From: Kiritimatiellia bacterium
GTDB taxonomy: Bacteria > Verrucomicrobiota > Kiritimatiellia > UBA8416 > JABMPJ01
NCBI GenBank assembly: GCA_016783675.1
Contig: JADHWE010000002.1
Coordinates: forward strand, 19,690-83,689
Length of the DNA stretch: 64,000 bases
Direction: 5' to 3'
Shown: one piece after another, positions 29,814 to 38,860 of the stretch
Numbering within the stretch: the stretch's first letter is position 1
Layout of the letters: every line of letters starts with the position of its first letter
Program-made: the position numbers and the translations under genes
The notes under the pieces: model-generated
What the model was told of the DNA's origin: nothing
The model's input: the letters and a program-made list of their open reading frames with translations, nothing else
Database searches by the model: none

Positions 29814-31258
29814 ACGCCCGACCCGTGCTACATCTTGTTGCCATCATGCTAACCGTGATCGGCTTGGCCATCGGTCTCTGTGCCGGTGTGTCCTGGCTCT
29901 ACGCCGACCCGTGGTCGGCCCGCCTCGGGATGCTCGTATCGGCCGGCATTGTGACCGCCGTGGGGCTGGTGGCGTTTCTCATGACGCGGGGCAAGGTGGA
30001 TCTGTCCCGCCGCGACGGTTTTGGCATTGTGACGTTTGGCTGGCTTGCCGCGGCCCTCTTCGGCGCCCTGCCCTTCGTGCTGACAGGTGTCATTGCCGAC
30101 CCGGTCGCCGCCGTATTCGAGACGATGTCGGGCTTCACGACCACCGGCGCCTCCGTGCTGACTGACCTTGAGTCCGTACCACGCGGCGTTCTGTTCTGGC
30201 GCGCCATGACGCACTTCTTTGGCGGCATGGGTGTGCTGGTGCTCTGTGTGGCCATTCTCCCCTTCCTGGGCGTAGGCGGCATGCAGATATACCGTGCCGA
30301 AATGCCCGGGCCATCCAAGGATCGCCTGACACCCCGTATCGCCACCACGGCCAAGCTCCTGTGGGGGGTCTATGTGTTCTTCTGTGTTGCCGAAGCCGTC
30401 CTGCTTCGGTTGGGCGGCATGGATTGGTTCGACGCCTTCTGCCACGCCTTTGCCACCATGGCCACCGGCGGGTTCTCCACGCGGACGGCCAGCGTGGCAG
30501 CCTACAACAGTGTCTATATCGAGACGGTTATCATCGTGTTCATGTTCCTGGCGGGGGTTAACTTCTCTCTGAACTTCCGGGCGCTTCGCGGGAAGCCGCT
30601 GTGCTATTTTCGCGATCCCGAGTTCCGATTCTACGTGGGCACTTGGCTTACCGCGACCGTCGTGATCATCATCAACATCTACCGCAGCGTTTATCCTTCA
30701 TTCGGACAAGCCGTGCGCACGGCCTTTTTCCAATCGACCTCCATCATGACGACAACCGGGTTCTGCACCGAGGACTTCGACCAATGGCCGGGCGCATCCA
30801 AGGTGGTTCTCGTGCTGTTGATGTTTGTCGGCGGCTGCGCCGGCTCGACCGGTGGCGGCATCAAGAACATCCGCGTCTTTGTCCTCCTTAAGAAGGTGCT
30901 GCGCGAGATACGCCTGTTCATGCAGCCACAGGCGGTGGTGAAAGTGAAGATCGGAAGCGCACCGGTGCCCCAGGACGTCATCTCCCACATCTCCGGCTTC
31001 TTCATCGTCTTCATCCTGGTGTTTGCGGCCGGCACGCTGGTGATGACGTTCTTCACCCCGGACCTGCAAACCGCCCTGACGTCTGTCATTGCCACGCTCG
31101 GGAATATCGGACCGGGACTGGGGGGCGTGGGTGCCGTTCAGAACTACAGCTCGATTCCCGCGTTGGGCAAAGCGTTCCTGACGCTACTGATGCTTCTTGG
31201 CCGTTTGGAGCTCTATACGGTACTCATCGTCTTGCTCCCGAGCTTTTGGAGGAAATAG
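29810..31258 (+). CDS. trkH: Trk system potassium transporter TrkH
   Basis: 'FETMSGFTTTGAS', 'ATGGFS', 'TTTGF', 'GGCAGSTGGG.K', 'GNIGPG', 'GRLE'. Confidence 0.95.
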   Translation: MNARPVLHLVAIMLTVIGLAIGLCAGVSWLYADPWSARLGMLVSAGIVTAVGLVAFLMTRGKVDLSRRDGFGIVTFGWLAAALFGALPFVLTGVIADPVAAVFETMSGFTTTGASVLTDLESVPRGVLFWRAMTHFFGGMGVLVLCVAILPFLGVGGMQIYRAEMPGPSKDRLTPRIATTAKLLWGVYVFFCVAEAVLLRLGGMDWFDAFCHAFATMATGGFSTRTASVAAYNSVYIETVIIVFMFLAGVNFSLNFRALRGKPLCYFRDPEFRFYVGTWLTATVVIIINIYRSVYPSFGQAVRTAFFQSTSIMTTTGFCTEDFDQWPGASKVVLVLLMFVGGCAGSTGGGIKNIRVFVLLKKVLREIRLFMQPQAVVKVKIGSAPVPQDVISHISGFFIVFILVFAAGTLVMTFFTPDLQTALTSVIATLGNIGPGLGGVGAVQNYSSIPALGKAFLTLLMLLGRLELYTVLIVLLPSFWRK

Positions 31259-31278
31259 GAAAATAGGGGTCGCGACAC

Positions 31279-33528
31279 ATGGCGGAAAAGGAAGATAAAG
31301 GGAAACCGAAGACACGGACCGGATATCAGTTCGGCACGTTCAAAGGGGTCTTTACTCCCAGTATCCTGACCATCCTGGGCGTCGTGATGTACCTCCGGTT
31401 CGGGTGGGTACTGGGCAACGTCGGGTTGCCGGCCACGCTGCTCATCGTGACGATGGCCTGCAGCATCACGTTTCTCACCGCGCTGGCCCTGGCCGCCCTG
31501 GCAACGAACATGAAGGTCGGCGGCGGCGGGTCCTACTACATCATCTCCCGATCACTCGGTGTTGAGGCGGGAACGGCTATCGGGGTTCCGCTCTTTCTGG
31601 CCCAGACGCTGGGTATTGCGTTCTATGTAATCGGCTTCTCCGAGGCCTTCACCAGTGTCTTCCCTATTGCATCAGTCCCCATGGTCGCCACGGTTACGCT
31701 GCTGTCGCTGGGCGTCCTGACCTATTTCTCTGCCGACCTGGCGCTTCGAACCCAATTCCTGGTCCTGGCGCTCGTAGCCGCGTCCCTGGTCTCCTTCTTT
31801 GTCGGCGGCGCCCCGACCGAGGTGATCCCCCCGGAGATTACGTCGATACCAGCGAAACGAGGATTCTGGATTGTGTTTGCGGTTTTCTTTCCCGCTGTTA
31901 CGGGTATCGAATCCGGCATTGCCATGTCCGGGGATCTCAAAAACCCGTCCAAATCATTGCCGCTGGGGACGATTGCCGCGGTCACCTCCGGGTACATCAT
32001 CTACATGACGATCCCCATCTTCCTGACAGCGGTTGTCAAGGACAAGACCATGCTCCTGACGAACACCTTCATCGTCCATAGCGTAGCGCGCTGGGGAAGC
32101 TTGATCGTGGCAGGGGTCTGGGCCGCTGCGCTCTCCAGCGCTGTCGGGACCCTCCTCGGTGCGCCTCGAACACTGCAGGCCCTGGCGCGCGATGGTGTGC
32201 TGCCCCGGTTTATTGGCCGCGGCTTCGGGAAGGGCGGCGATCCGCGTATCGCGACGCTGATCGCCCTGGCCGTGGCCATAACGGCCATCTGGATGGGCGA
32301 TCTGAACCTGATTGCTCCTATTCTGACCATGTTCTTCCTTACCTCGTACGGTCTGCTGAATCTTTCGGCCGGATTGGAAGGGCTCATCGGCAGCCCCTCG
32401 TGGCATCCCACCCTGAAGATCCCCCCCGGCGTATCCCTGTTCGGGGCGGCGGCCTGTGCGGCCGTCATGCTCATGATCAACACCGGGGCCACCTTTGCAG
32501 CCATGGCGGTTTCAGGGCTCATTTTCTTTGTGATGAAGCGACGCAGCCTCACGGTGCAGTGGGGCGACATGCGCTATGGTCTGCTCATGCTTGTCGCGCG
32601 GCAGGCCATCCAGCGGCTGGCGACCATGAAGGCGCACCCGCGATCATGGCGACCGAATATCCTGGTGCTGAGCGGCGCGCCGACAACACGATGGCACCTG
32701 ATCGACTTGGCAAGCGCCATTGGCCATGGCGAGGGCTGTTTGACCGTTGCCACGGTGATTCCGACCGATCTCTGGTCAGCCGAGAAGGAACAGGGCCTCT
32801 CCGAATCCATCCGCAACTACGTGCTCAAACGCAACGTTGGTGCCTTGGCAAAAGTGCTGCCGGCGGACGATGTGATTACGGGCGCGGAGTCCCTGATACG
32901 GGCCTACGGCTTTGGCTCCATTGTACCCAACACCATCTTGCTGGGCGAAACGGGCAAGGACGAGACCTTTGCGCGCTTTGCGCGGCTCATCCAACTCGTG
33001 TACCGGATGCGCAGAAACCTGATCCTGGTACGCGACGGAGAGGCCCAGGAGGAGGAGGAACAACACCGCGAGCGCATCGATATCTGGTGGCGTGGAGAAC
33101 GCGAGAACATCGGCCTGATGCTCGCGCTGGCACTTCTGCTCAAACGCGGTGGGCGGTGGTCGCGTGCAACCATCACCGTTAAGACTGTGGCAACAACGGA
33201 TAGCACCGCAGATAAAGCCCGCCACAGACTGGAAGCGCTGGCTAAGGGCCAGCGCATGGAGGTCATTCCGGAAGTCGTCCGCGCTCCCGCCGATGCCGTC
33301 TTCCCGGCCATACGGGCATCATCGAAGGATGCAGACCTGGTGTTCGTGGGCATGCACGCTCCCGCAGAGGACGTCGACACAGACACGGAGTATGTCGACT
33401 ACTACGAGCAGCTCCTGTCCTCCACCGAAGGCCTACCCACGACGGCCATCGTCCTGGCATCCGAGGGGACAGACTTCCTGCAAGTGCTCCGTGGCGGCGC
33501 CGTGCGCCAAGCACCGAATACCGCCTGA
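31279..33528 (+). CDS. Cation-chloride cotransporter (SLC12/CCC-like, APC superfamily)
   Basis: 'FGTFKGVFTPSILTILGVVMYLRFGW', 'GGGSYYIISRSLG', 'FFPAVTGI..G..MSGDLKNP', 'SWRPNIL', 'IDIWW'. Confidence 0.88.
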   Translation: MAEKEDKGKPKTRTGYQFGTFKGVFTPSILTILGVVMYLRFGWVLGNVGLPATLLIVTMACSITFLTALALAALATNMKVGGGGSYYIISRSLGVEAGTAIGVPLFLAQTLGIAFYVIGFSEAFTSVFPIASVPMVATVTLLSLGVLTYFSADLALRTQFLVLALVAASLVSFFVGGAPTEVIPPEITSIPAKRGFWIVFAVFFPAVTGIESGIAMSGDLKNPSKSLPLGTIAAVTSGYIIYMTIPIFLTAVVKDKTMLLTNTFIVHSVARWGSLIVAGVWAAALSSAVGTLLGAPRTLQALARDGVLPRFIGRGFGKGGDPRIATLIALAVAITAIWMGDLNLIAPILTMFFLTSYGLLNLSAGLEGLIGSPSWHPTLKIPPGVSLFGAAACAAVMLMINTGATFAAMAVSGLIFFVMKRRSLTVQWGDMRYGLLMLVARQAIQRLATMKAHPRSWRPNILVLSGAPTTRWHLIDLASAIGHGEGCLTVATVIPTDLWSAEKEQGLSESIRNYVLKRNVGALAKVLPADDVITGAESLIRAYGFGSIVPNTILLGETGKDETFARFARLIQLVYRMRRNLILVRDGEAQEEEEQHRERIDIWWRGERENIGLMLALALLLKRGGRWSRATITVKTVATTDSTADKARHRLEALAKGQRMEVIPEVVRAPADAVFPAIRASSKDADLVFVGMHAPAEDVDTDTEYVDYYEQLLSSTEGLPTTAIVLASEGTDFLQVLRGGAVRQAPNTA

Positions 33529-33597
33529 AAGCCGGAAATTTCCCCTCGCCCTTCCAATCACCCCTGTGCCAGACTGCGCCGATAGAGGAGATACGTT

Positions 33598-34662
33598 ATG
33601 GACAGCCTTCTAAAGAAACACTCCGGAGTGGCCGGGCTACCGCCGGGTACCGTCGTCTATCTCGGCAACCAGCGGGTCGAGCAGGTGCAGATCAGCGTTA
33701 TCGACTACAATGCCGAAGAGCTGAACGAAGAGGTCCTCCCTTCTGCCGACGCGTGCCAAGCCTATGCGGGCAAGTCGACCGTCACCTGGATCAATGTTGT
33801 CGGGCTCCACGACACCGACCTGCTCCAGGAGATCGGCGATATGTTCGATCTGCATCCCCTCGTTGTCGAAGACATTGCCAACACCGGTCAGCGGCCAAAG
33901 CTGGAGGACCACGGGGACTACATCTTCATGGCCCTGAAGATGCTCTACCGCCCTGAGGACGACGATGGCGTTGTGGCCGAGCAGGTCAGCCTCGTCCTTG
34001 GCCCCAACTACGTGATCACGTTCCAAGAGGTCGAGGACGACGTCTTCGACCGGGTTCGCGAACGTATCCGCTCCTCCGCGGGCCGCATCCGCAACATGGG
34101 CTGCGACTACCTCGCCTATTCTCTGATCGACTCCATCGTCGACAACTATTTCGCCGTTCTGGAAGCGCTAGGCGACCGGATCGAAGCCTTGCACGATGCC
34201 GTGACGGCCAAGGCCCGCCCCGAGACACTGACCGAGATTCATCAACTTAAGCGCGAGATGGTCTACCTGCGCAAGTGCCTGTGGCCGCTGCGCGAGCTGG
34301 TCGGCAACCTGCAGTCGGCCGAGAGCAAGCTGATCGACGCCAAACTCGCGCCTTATCTGCGCGATGTGTACGGCCACACGATCCAGATCATCGACAACCT
34401 GGACTCGTTGCGCGACATGCTCTCCGGTACGCTCGACATCTACATGACCATCGTCAGCAACCGGATGAACCAGGTGATGCGCGTGCTGACTGTCATCGCG
34501 ACCATATTCATGCCACTTACATTCATCGCCGGGATCTACGGAATGAACTTTGAGGCAATGCCGGAGCTGAAGTGGCGCTTCGGCTATGCCATGGTGTGGG
34601 GCATAATGATTGCCTCGGCCCTCGGGATGATCGTCTTCTTCAAGCGCAAACGGTGGTTCTGA
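33598..34662 (+). CDS. corA: Magnesium/cobalt transporter CorA
   Basis: 'GLPPGT', 'LHPLVVEDI...QRPK', 'GIYGMNF', 'MPEL.W..GY'. Confidence 0.95.
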   Translation: MDSLLKKHSGVAGLPPGTVVYLGNQRVEQVQISVIDYNAEELNEEVLPSADACQAYAGKSTVTWINVVGLHDTDLLQEIGDMFDLHPLVVEDIANTGQRPKLEDHGDYIFMALKMLYRPEDDDGVVAEQVSLVLGPNYVITFQEVEDDVFDRVRERIRSSAGRIRNMGCDYLAYSLIDSIVDNYFAVLEALGDRIEALHDAVTAKARPETLTEIHQLKREMVYLRKCLWPLRELVGNLQSAESKLIDAKLAPYLRDVYGHTIQIIDNLDSLRDMLSGTLDIYMTIVSNRMNQVMRVLTVIATIFMPLTFIAGIYGMNFEAMPELKWRFGYAMVWGIMIASALGMIVFFKRKRWF

Positions 34663-34668
34663 TCGCCT

Positions 34669-34992
34669 ATGAGTCTCGAGAAGGAAAAGGAGACCCTCCG
34701 CTCCATGATCCACCTGTTCTGCAGGGGGCAGGAACACAAGAACCCGCTCTGCGACAACTGCTCCGAGCTGCTGACCTATGCGCTTGAGCGACTGGAACGC
34801 TGTCCGTACGGCGAGGACAAGCCAACCTGCAAGCAGTGTCCCGTCCACTGCTACAGACCCGACATGCGCGATCGCGTCACGCAGGTCATGCGCTACGCCG
34901 GCCCCCGCATGCTCCTGCACCATCCCGTGCAAGGCATACGTCACCTGATGCATGAGAAACGTTCCCGGCCGAACGATCAGAAGACAGCGTAA
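34669..34992 (+). CDS. YgbA-like (nitrous oxide-stimulated promoter family) Cys-rich protein
   Basis: 'RLERCPYGEDKPTCKQCPVHCY', 'VMRYAGPRMLLHHP'. Confidence 0.88.
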   Translation: MSLEKEKETLRSMIHLFCRGQEHKNPLCDNCSELLTYALERLERCPYGEDKPTCKQCPVHCYRPDMRDRVTQVMRYAGPRMLLHHPVQGIRHLMHEKRSRPNDQKTA

Positions 34993-34999
34993 AAAGGGA

Positions 35000-35028
35000 T
35001 TGATTCCGGCACCCGACCGCGATACATT
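35000..35028 (+). promoter_or_regulatory. Probable sigma70 promoter of tRNA-Phe
   Basis: TTGATT-17 bp-TACATT, 18 bp upstream of the tRNA. Confidence 0.6.
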
Positions 35029-35046
35029 GCCAGCCGTTTCTGCCAT

Positions 35047-35122
35047 GGCGAGATAGCTCAGTTGGTAGAGCAGTGGACTGAAAATCCACGTGTCCCCAGT
35101 TCAATTCTGGGTCTCGCCACCA
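35047..35122 (+). tRNA. tRNA-Phe (GAA)
   Basis: 76 nt; GGCGAGA/TCTCGCC acceptor stem, D-arm TAGCTCAGTTGGTAGAGC, anticodon loop CTGAAAA, T-loop GTTCAATTC, encoded CCA. Confidence 0.97.
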
Positions 35123-35223
35123 TCCTTCGCTCGCAGCAAAGCAAGAGCGAAGGATGCCCTCCGAAGCCTTGGCGAAGGAGGGCACACAATCCTGCAAGAA
35201 GGCGAGCTACGGATGGCAAGCCA
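35121..35223. repeat. Cluster of REP-like hairpins directly after the tRNA
   Basis: catccttcgctc..gagcgaaggatg; ccctccgaagccttggcgaaggaggg; gagctacggatggcaagcca. Confidence 0.65.
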
Positions 35224-35226
35224 ACC

Positions 35227-35316
35227 CGCTCCGGATCAGGGGTACCCTCTGGGCTGGAGCATAGCTTCGCTTCGCTTGATCTGCTAGGCCTCAGAGGATA
35301 CCCCTGATCCTCCGCT
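35227..35316 (-). repeat. Branched palindromic element, copy A (same architecture as 49083-49178 and 50880-50974)
   Basis: Minus strand: agcggagg-atcaggggtatcctctg-aggcct-[inner hairpin]-tccagcc-cagagggtacccctgat-ccggagcg. Confidence 0.7.
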
Positions 35317-35330
35317 CCCGGCGCTGTACG

Positions 35331-36563
35331 CTACTTCCGAACCTGGTTGGCATGTGCCAGGGCGCGGGCTTCTACGCTTTGGATCTCGGCGAAGCCTTGG
35401 GAGCTGACCGGGTTGAGGCCGTCGCTGGCTTCCATGGAGGCGTCCGCCTCGTTGTAGAGAGATGCGGGACAAGCCGTCAGGCTGTTGAACAGGATGTTGC
35501 CCTTGTAGAGCGCCACGTTGACCGTACCCGTTGCCGCGCTCGCGAGCACGTCAATCGCCGCCAGTGCGGCGCTGGTCGAGGGATCGTAGTACCGGCCGTC
35601 GTAGACTTGGTCGGCGACGAGCTTTGAGAGTGTCTGGAACAGACCCAGGGAGCGCCGCTCCATTGTGGCCTGGTACACCATCGCCAGCGTGCTGCCCAGC
35701 AGCTCCATGCCCGGGGCCTCGTAGACGCCCCGGCTCTTGGTGCCGATGATCCGATTCTCAAGCGCGTTCTTGAAGCCCACGCCGTTGCGCCCGGCAATCT
35801 TGTTGGCTTCCCGCACCAGCTCGAGGGGCTCCATGCTGATTCCGTTCAGAGCAACCGCCCTGCCCTTCTCAAACCGTACCTCGACATTCTCAGCCTCATC
35901 CGGCGCCTGGTCGGGCCACACGCCCATGGTCGGCTCAACAATCGTGGCCGGCGTTTCGAGACTCTCCAGATCCTCGGCCTCATGCGAGAGACCTGCCAGG
36001 TTCGCGTCAGTAGAATACCGCTTCTCGCCGCCGGGGAAGGCTTCGATACCCTTGCCCTTCAGATAGTCGACCATCTCAAGCCGACCGGGGAATTCCTCGA
36101 GCAAACCGGCATCCCGCCAGGGGGCGTAGACTTGCATCTCGGGCGCCAACACATTGGTGTAGCGCTCGAACCGCATCTGGTCGTTGCCCCGTCCGGTCGC
36201 ACCATGCGCCAGCACGCTGCAACCGGCTTGCTGCATTTCCTCGACCAGGCCTTTGACTGTAACCGCCCGGGCGATGCCGGTGGAGTTCCAGTAGCCGCCA
36301 TCGTACATGGCCTGGGCCTTGATCATCGTGAAGCAGGCTTCCGCCATCTGCTCCTTGAGATCGACGATGACCGTCTCGACACCACACGGCGCCATCTTGG
36401 TCGCGACATCGGCGATATCGTCTTCGTCCGGCTGAGCCAGGTCGGCCGTGAAACACAAAACATCGACGCCACAGTCCTTGAACTTGCGCGCGACGGTGCG
36501 GCTGTCCAGCCCGCCCGATACACACAACCCCACCTTCTGTCCCTTCAGGTCTTCCAGTTTCAT
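35331..36563 (-). CDS. argG: Argininosuccinate synthase
   Basis: 'SGGLDS', 'AHGATGRGNDQ.RF', 'YAPWRD', 'YSTDANL', 'ENRIIGTKSRGVYEAPG'. Confidence 0.95.
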   Translation of the reverse strand: MKLEDLKGQKVGLCVSGGLDSRTVARKFKDCGVDVLCFTADLAQPDEDDIADVATKMAPCGVETVIVDLKEQMAEACFTMIKAQAMYDGGYWNSTGIARAVTVKGLVEEMQQAGCSVLAHGATGRGNDQMRFERYTNVLAPEMQVYAPWRDAGLLEEFPGRLEMVDYLKGKGIEAFPGGEKRYSTDANLAGLSHEAEDLESLETPATIVEPTMGVWPDQAPDEAENVEVRFEKGRAVALNGISMEPLELVREANKIAGRNGVGFKNALENRIIGTKSRGVYEAPGMELLGSTLAMVYQATMERRSLGLFQTLSKLVADQVYDGRYYDPSTSAALAAIDVLASAATGTVNVALYKGNILFNSLTACPASLYNEADASMEASDGLNPVSSQGFAEIQSVEARALAHANQVRK

Positions 36564-36588
36564 GTTCTTACCCAGATGCTTAGTGCGG

Positions 36589-37950
36589 CTACTCGGCTTT
36601 TTCTTCCTCTTCAACTTCTTCGGCAGCCTCTTCTGCGGCTTCTTCTTCCGCAGGGGCTTCTTCCTCGGCTTCGGCTTCCTCTTCAGCCGGCGCCTCTTCC
36701 TCGGCGGGTGCTTCTTCCACCGCACCGGCGGCTTCGGCGATGGCTTCGGCGGCGGCGTTCAGGTCATCGTGCCAGATCTCGAGCGCCTCGTCGATCATCT
36801 CGACGGCTTCCTCAAGCTCGGCTTCCTTGACGTTGAGCGGCGGCAGGAACCGGATTACGTCGCCGGCGGTGGCCAGCGCGAGCAGACCCATGTCCTGGAG
36901 AATTTCCGTCACAGGTGCGGCTTCCTGGTCAAGCACCAGGCCAAGCATCAGGCCTCGGCCCCGGACTGCGCTGACATGCTCATACCGGCCGACCAGCTGC
37001 TGGAGGGCGGCCTGGAACTTGGCGCCCGAGTTGGTGGACTTCGAGACGAGATCCTCTTCCTCGATCACATCCAGCGTTGCCAACGCGGCCGCACAGGCCA
37101 GTGGGGTACCGCCGAAGGTGGAGGCATGCTTGCCCGGGCTGAAGATATCGGCCAGCTTCGGTCCTGCCACAACGGCGCCGATCGGGTAGCCGCTGCCCAG
37201 CGACTTGGCCAGTGAGAACGCATCGGGCGTTACGCCGTAGGCCTGGTAGCCAAACCAGCTACCTGTCCGGCCCAGGCCGCACTGCACTTCGTCGCACAGC
37301 ATCAGGAGCCCGTGCTCATCGCAGAGCTCCCGGATCCCCTTGAAGAATGCCTCATCAGCCGGTACCACACCGCCTTCGCCCTGTACGGCTTCAACGATGA
37401 TGGCCGCGGTGTTGTCGGTGATCATGGCCCGCACGCAATCCAGGTCGTTGAAGTCCGCCGGGAAGAATCCCTCGGGCATCGGGTCAAAGCCCTCCTGGAT
37501 CTTCTCCTGGCCTGTCATCGCTGCCGTGGCCAACGTGCGACCGTGGAACGAACCGGTCATCGAGATGATTTCGTACTTCTCGTTCTCGTGTCCCCATAAC
37601 CGCGCCAGCTTGATCAGACCTTCGTTGGCCTCGGCGCCGGAGTTGCAGAAGAACACCTTACCGTCCAGCGAGAGCCGTGACAGCCGCCAGGCCAGCCGGG
37701 CCTGGTTCTCGGTGTAGTAGAGGTTGGAGACGTGCATCAGCTCCTCGGCCTGGCGCTTGATGGCGTCCACGACCCGCGGATGGCAGTGCCCCACGTTGTT
37801 GACGGAAATACCGGCGATGAAGTCCAGGTACACCTTTCCGTCCGCGTCCCACACCTTGGTGCCGCGCCCCTTCTCCAATACCAGTGTTGGGCTGTACGTC
37901 GGCATCACGTACTCGTTAAACAGTGTCTTGATCTCGTCGGTCTTGCTCAT
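36589..37950 (-). CDS. argD: Acetylornithine aminotransferase with Ala/Glu-rich C-terminal tail
   Basis: 'FFCNSGAEANE', 'SFHGRT', 'EAVQGEGG', 'DEVQCGLGRTG', 'AKSLGSG.PIGA', 'HASTFGG'. Confidence 0.93.
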   Translation of the reverse strand: MSKTDEIKTLFNEYVMPTYSPTLVLEKGRGTKVWDADGKVYLDFIAGISVNNVGHCHPRVVDAIKRQAEELMHVSNLYYTENQARLAWRLSRLSLDGKVFFCNSGAEANEGLIKLARLWGHENEKYEIISMTGSFHGRTLATAAMTGQEKIQEGFDPMPEGFFPADFNDLDCVRAMITDNTAAIIVEAVQGEGGVVPADEAFFKGIRELCDEHGLLMLCDEVQCGLGRTGSWFGYQAYGVTPDAFSLAKSLGSGYPIGAVVAGPKLADIFSPGKHASTFGGTPLACAAALATLDVIEEEDLVSKSTNSGAKFQAALQQLVGRYEHVSAVRGRGLMLGLVLDQEAAPVTEILQDMGLLALATAGDVIRFLPPLNVKEAELEEAVEMIDEALEIWHDDLNAAAEAIAEAAGAVEEAPAEEEAPAEEEAEAEEEAPAEEEAAEEAAEEVEEEEKAE

Positions 37951-37977
37951 AGCATTCCCCTCTGTCCTTCCCTCGTC

Positions 37978-38859
37978 CTATTCGGTCGATACGATCTCGG
38001 TTCCAATACCTTGTTGTGTAAAGATTTCAAGCAATAACGAGTGTTTCACTCGTCCATCCACCATGTGCACCTTGCGCACGCCCGCATGCAGGGCCTCCAC
38101 GCCACTGCTGCATTTCGGCAACATCCCTCCGCCAATGACGCCTTCCTCGATCAGTCGCTCGAGCTCCGAAGCGGGGAGCGTCTCGATCAATGAGTCCGCA
38201 TCGTTCGGATCGCGCAACAGCCCGGGCACGTCGGACAGGAAGACGAGCTTGCGTACCGACAGCGCCTTCGCGATGGCCGCTGCCGCGACGTCCGCGTTGA
38301 CGTTGTGCACCTTGCCGTCCGCGCCCTTGCCCAACGGCGTGATGACCGGAATAACGCCCCGCTCCACGATGGCGCGGATAGGTCCTTCCTCCACCTCACC
38401 GGGCTCGCCTACAAAACCCCAGTCCACTACCTCGCCGGTGTCAGGATCGGTTTCCTGCTTCCTGGTCACATGCAGGACGTCGTCGCCATGCAGGGCTTCG
38501 GCACGCCCACCCAGTGCATTGATCGTGTCCACGATCCGCGGGTTGACTTCGCCCTTGATAACCTTCTCCACAATCTCAATGGTTTTCTCGCAGGTCACCC
38601 GCAGCCCCTTGATAAACTGGGCCTGGATGCCGTGCGCCGCCATCCCGCGCGAAATCGCCTTGCCGCCGCCATGCACAATGATGGGCCGCATGCCGACGCA
38701 CTCCATGAAGACGATGTCCTGCAACACGCCCTCGATCGTGGCCGCATCCTCCATCGCGCTGCCGCCGAATTTCACCACTACCCAGGCATCCCTGAACGCC
38801 TGTATATACGGCAGGGCCTCGATCAGCACGCGTGCTTTCTGTGTGGCTTCCTCAACCAT
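37978..38859 (-). CDS. argB: Acetylglutamate kinase
   Basis: 'LIEALPYI', 'VKFGGSAM', 'VHGGG', 'GLRVT', 'NVNAD', 'GGMLPK', 'LLLEIFT..GIGT'. Confidence 0.96.
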   Translation of the reverse strand: MVEEATQKARVLIEALPYIQAFRDAWVVVKFGGSAMEDAATIEGVLQDIVFMECVGMRPIIVHGGGKAISRGMAAHGIQAQFIKGLRVTCEKTIEIVEKVIKGEVNPRIVDTINALGGRAEALHGDDVLHVTRKQETDPDTGEVVDWGFVGEPGEVEEGPIRAIVERGVIPVITPLGKGADGKVHNVNADVAAAAIAKALSVRKLVFLSDVPGLLRDPNDADSLIETLPASELERLIEEGVIGGGMLPKCSSGVEALHAGVRKVHMVDGRVKHSLLLEIFTQQGIGTEIVSTE

Positions 38860-38860
38860 T

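Noticed and set aside
35047..35330. Genomic island or prophage integrated at tRNA-Phe
   Set aside because: No integrase and no duplicated tRNA 3' end found; housekeeping argG follows directly
36564..36725. Lys/Arg-rich N-terminal extension of ArgG in the ORF track
   Set aside because: Alternate-frame reading of the Glu/Ala-rich argD tail; the real start is MKLEDL at 36563
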